Virus record (IMG/VR): IMGVR_UViG_3300031992_000007
Coordinates: 201,481 to 265,480 of that record
Strand: one strand, 5' to 3'
Length of the DNA: 64,000 nt
Origin: a virus
Lineage: Duplodnaviria > Caudoviricetes
Below, in pieces: positions 62,367-64,000 of the stretch; within the stretch, counting starts at the first letter, position 1; each line of letters opens with the position of its first letter. A program made the translations under genes and the position numbers. The notes below the pieces were generated by a model that was not told the origin of the DNA, did not search any database, and saw only the letters and a program-made list of their open reading frames with translations.

Positions 62367-62723
62367 TTACTTTTCTTCTTTCTTCTTGTTCTCTTCTGCA
62401 AGAGCAGCTATGACCGCCGCCTTGATGGCGTACACAGCGATCTCACGGATGAGGTTGAGGAGGATCGGTCCGACAGCTTTACCTATCTGGATCAAATACT
62501 CCTTCATGATCTCGTTGAACTTAGATGCTTTCTCTGAGCCAGACAAGTCAGTCTTCTCGAGGTCGGATGCGATCTCGATAGCCTTGTCACTAACTTCCTT
62601 GTCTTCAAGGATAGACGATTCATCAGTCTCCTTGTTGGCAACGACTCCGATCAACCTTGAGATAAGACTCTTGGTTTTGCTGGAGGAGAAGAGCTTCTTG
62701 AGCCAATTCCAGAATGCTTTCAT
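62367..62723 (-). CDS. Small protein resembling the LL-H-type holin-like family
   Basis: SGSEK...LLNLIREIAV pattern; weak resemblance. Confidence 0.4.
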   Translation of the reverse strand: MKAFWNWLKKLFSSSKTKSLISRLIGVVANKETDESSILEDKEVSDKAIEIASDLEKTDLSGSEKASKFNEIMKEYLIQIGKAVGPILLNLIREIAVYAIKAAVIAALAEENKKKEEK

Positions 62724-62728
62724 GAGCG

Positions 62729-63865
62729 TTAATCCTCTAACTTGTATTGCTTCTGCACGTTACGATTGAGAATCTTCTGGACTCTGGCATCGAGGGCCGC
62801 ACAGTAACATGCACCATTGACTTGTTTGAGACGGACGGCGATTATCCCAAGACCCTTGGCCATGGTAGTCAGCTGGTCTCTCAAATTCGACGCTCTGAAG
62901 TTAATCCCCTTAGAAGTGAGTTCTTTGAGTTTATCAGAGAGTTTGGCGCACTTGTCCAGATCGCTCTGAATGGTGCTTTGACTACGAAGCCAGTCCTTGT
63001 ACAGATTGTAAGTCGTATTGCAAACAACCGCACACTGATCAGCATACTCAGCAGCACTTGTCCAGCCACCAGCCTTCAAAGTGTCACACTTCTCTAGGAA
63101 GCCTTCGTCCACTTTAGACAACTGCAGACCATCATCAAACGAGAACGTGTACTTCATTCCGAACGGCACAAGAAGGTCTGAACCTGCTCCAGTTGATGTA
63201 GTAACTGTTCCCCAGATATCGCCGAACATGGCGTCAAAGCTATCTTTACCAGTTCCCTGCTCGAGCTCCTTGATGTACTTCTCAGCAGCTGTCACGGTAT
63301 TGGTCATGTTCTTGATGTAACTAGCGATCGGACCCTGAGATCCGCTCATATGACCTGCGTTCTTGTACATGGCAAGAACACACTTCTTGGTGAGTAGACC
63401 AGGCATCTGTTCATCCAGAAGCTTCTTGAGTTCTTCAGGTTCAGCATCCTTGACAGAATCCTTCAGAGCTTTTGATTTGGACGTATCGTCTTCAACCTTC
63501 TTGGATGTTCCAGAGAAGAAGCTCTTGATCCAATCCCAGATCTTCTTGAAGAAAGCTTTGATCTTTTCCCACGCTTCTCCGATCAACCCCTCAAGACCAG
63601 CGGTCGCCTGTTTCGGTGTAAAGGCTTCTAGACCAAGTACAGCCGATAAGCTACCGTCGACATTCAGCACCTCTACAGCCTTAGGATCCGACGAGATAGC
63701 ATTCAATGCATGAACACAGTTGTCGTAGCACTGCAACAGTTCAGCGCATTCGCCACACATATCGTTGAAATCCACGATGCTATCGTGAAGTTCCCGAGCA
63801 GTATCAAGGATGTCTTGAGGAACGACAGAAGACGATTCTTTTTCAAGACTGAATTTAAAAGCCAT
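62729..63865 (-). CDS. phiKZ-like internal head protein paralog
   Basis: SLE/GLE sites, then AWEKIKAFFKKIWDWIKSFF. Confidence 0.75.
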   Translation of the reverse strand: MAFKFSLEKESSSVVPQDILDTARELHDSIVDFNDMCGECAELLQCYDNCVHALNAISSDPKAVEVLNVDGSLSAVLGLEAFTPKQATAGLEGLIGEAWEKIKAFFKKIWDWIKSFFSGTSKKVEDDTSKSKALKDSVKDAEPEELKKLLDEQMPGLLTKKCVLAMYKNAGHMSGSQGPIASYIKNMTNTVTAAEKYIKELEQGTGKDSFDAMFGDIWGTVTTSTGAGSDLLVPFGMKYTFSFDDGLQLSKVDEGFLEKCDTLKAGGWTSAAEYADQCAVVCNTTYNLYKDWLRSQSTIQSDLDKCAKLSDKLKELTSKGINFRASNLRDQLTTMAKGLGIIAVRLKQVNGACYCAALDARVQKILNRNVQKQYKLED

Positions 63866-64000
63866 AAGTTTGTAGGGGGGGGGGTAAAATTCCCCAACCC
63901 CTCCTCCAGTTTTGTTGTTAGATTTATGAAGCCTTCGGTTTACGCAAGCTAGACGACAGATTCTCAGTTTCGAGCCCCATCTCTTCCTGCTTCTTCTTAA

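Noticed and set aside
1-64000. tRNA, rRNA, integrase or transposase genes
   Set aside because: None recognised by eye; a tRNAscan/Infernal run would be needed to exclude them formally.

Overview
The window is best read as part of a phiKZ-like jumbo phage genome. It carries a UvsX/RecA-like ATPase, large tail/fibre genes, several internal-head-protein paralogs, TATATTAC-like and TATG promoter motifs, a four-gene NAD salvage cluster (PncA, NadE, NadD-Nudix, PncB) and small accessory ORFs. Family assignments come from motif recognition by eye; no database search was run. The main discovery is a cassette library for one fibre tip. Twenty start-less cassettes lie in four intergenic loci on the + strand (4 at 33.2-33.8 kb, 6 at 41.5-42.4 kb, 9 at 44.6-45.9 kb, 1 at 61.5 kb). 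Each is bounded by AGGTG (once AGGTA) and GGCTCTCC, measures 114-150 nt from GGT to TCC (always a multiple of 3) and is stop-free in the same frame. Each encodes a different peptide that fits between WWLRSAG and PLITIG* at the C-terminus of the 1412-aa fibre gene (23094-27332, -). The tip now in that gene is a perfect 160-bp inverted copy of cassette 42218-42377. An Avd-like gene (20341-21327) lies nearby, but no reverse transcriptase is visible in the window and there is no adenine mutagenesis. This points to a DGR-related or gene-conversion system that swaps whole receptor-binding loops from silent arrays. The mechanism is inference.
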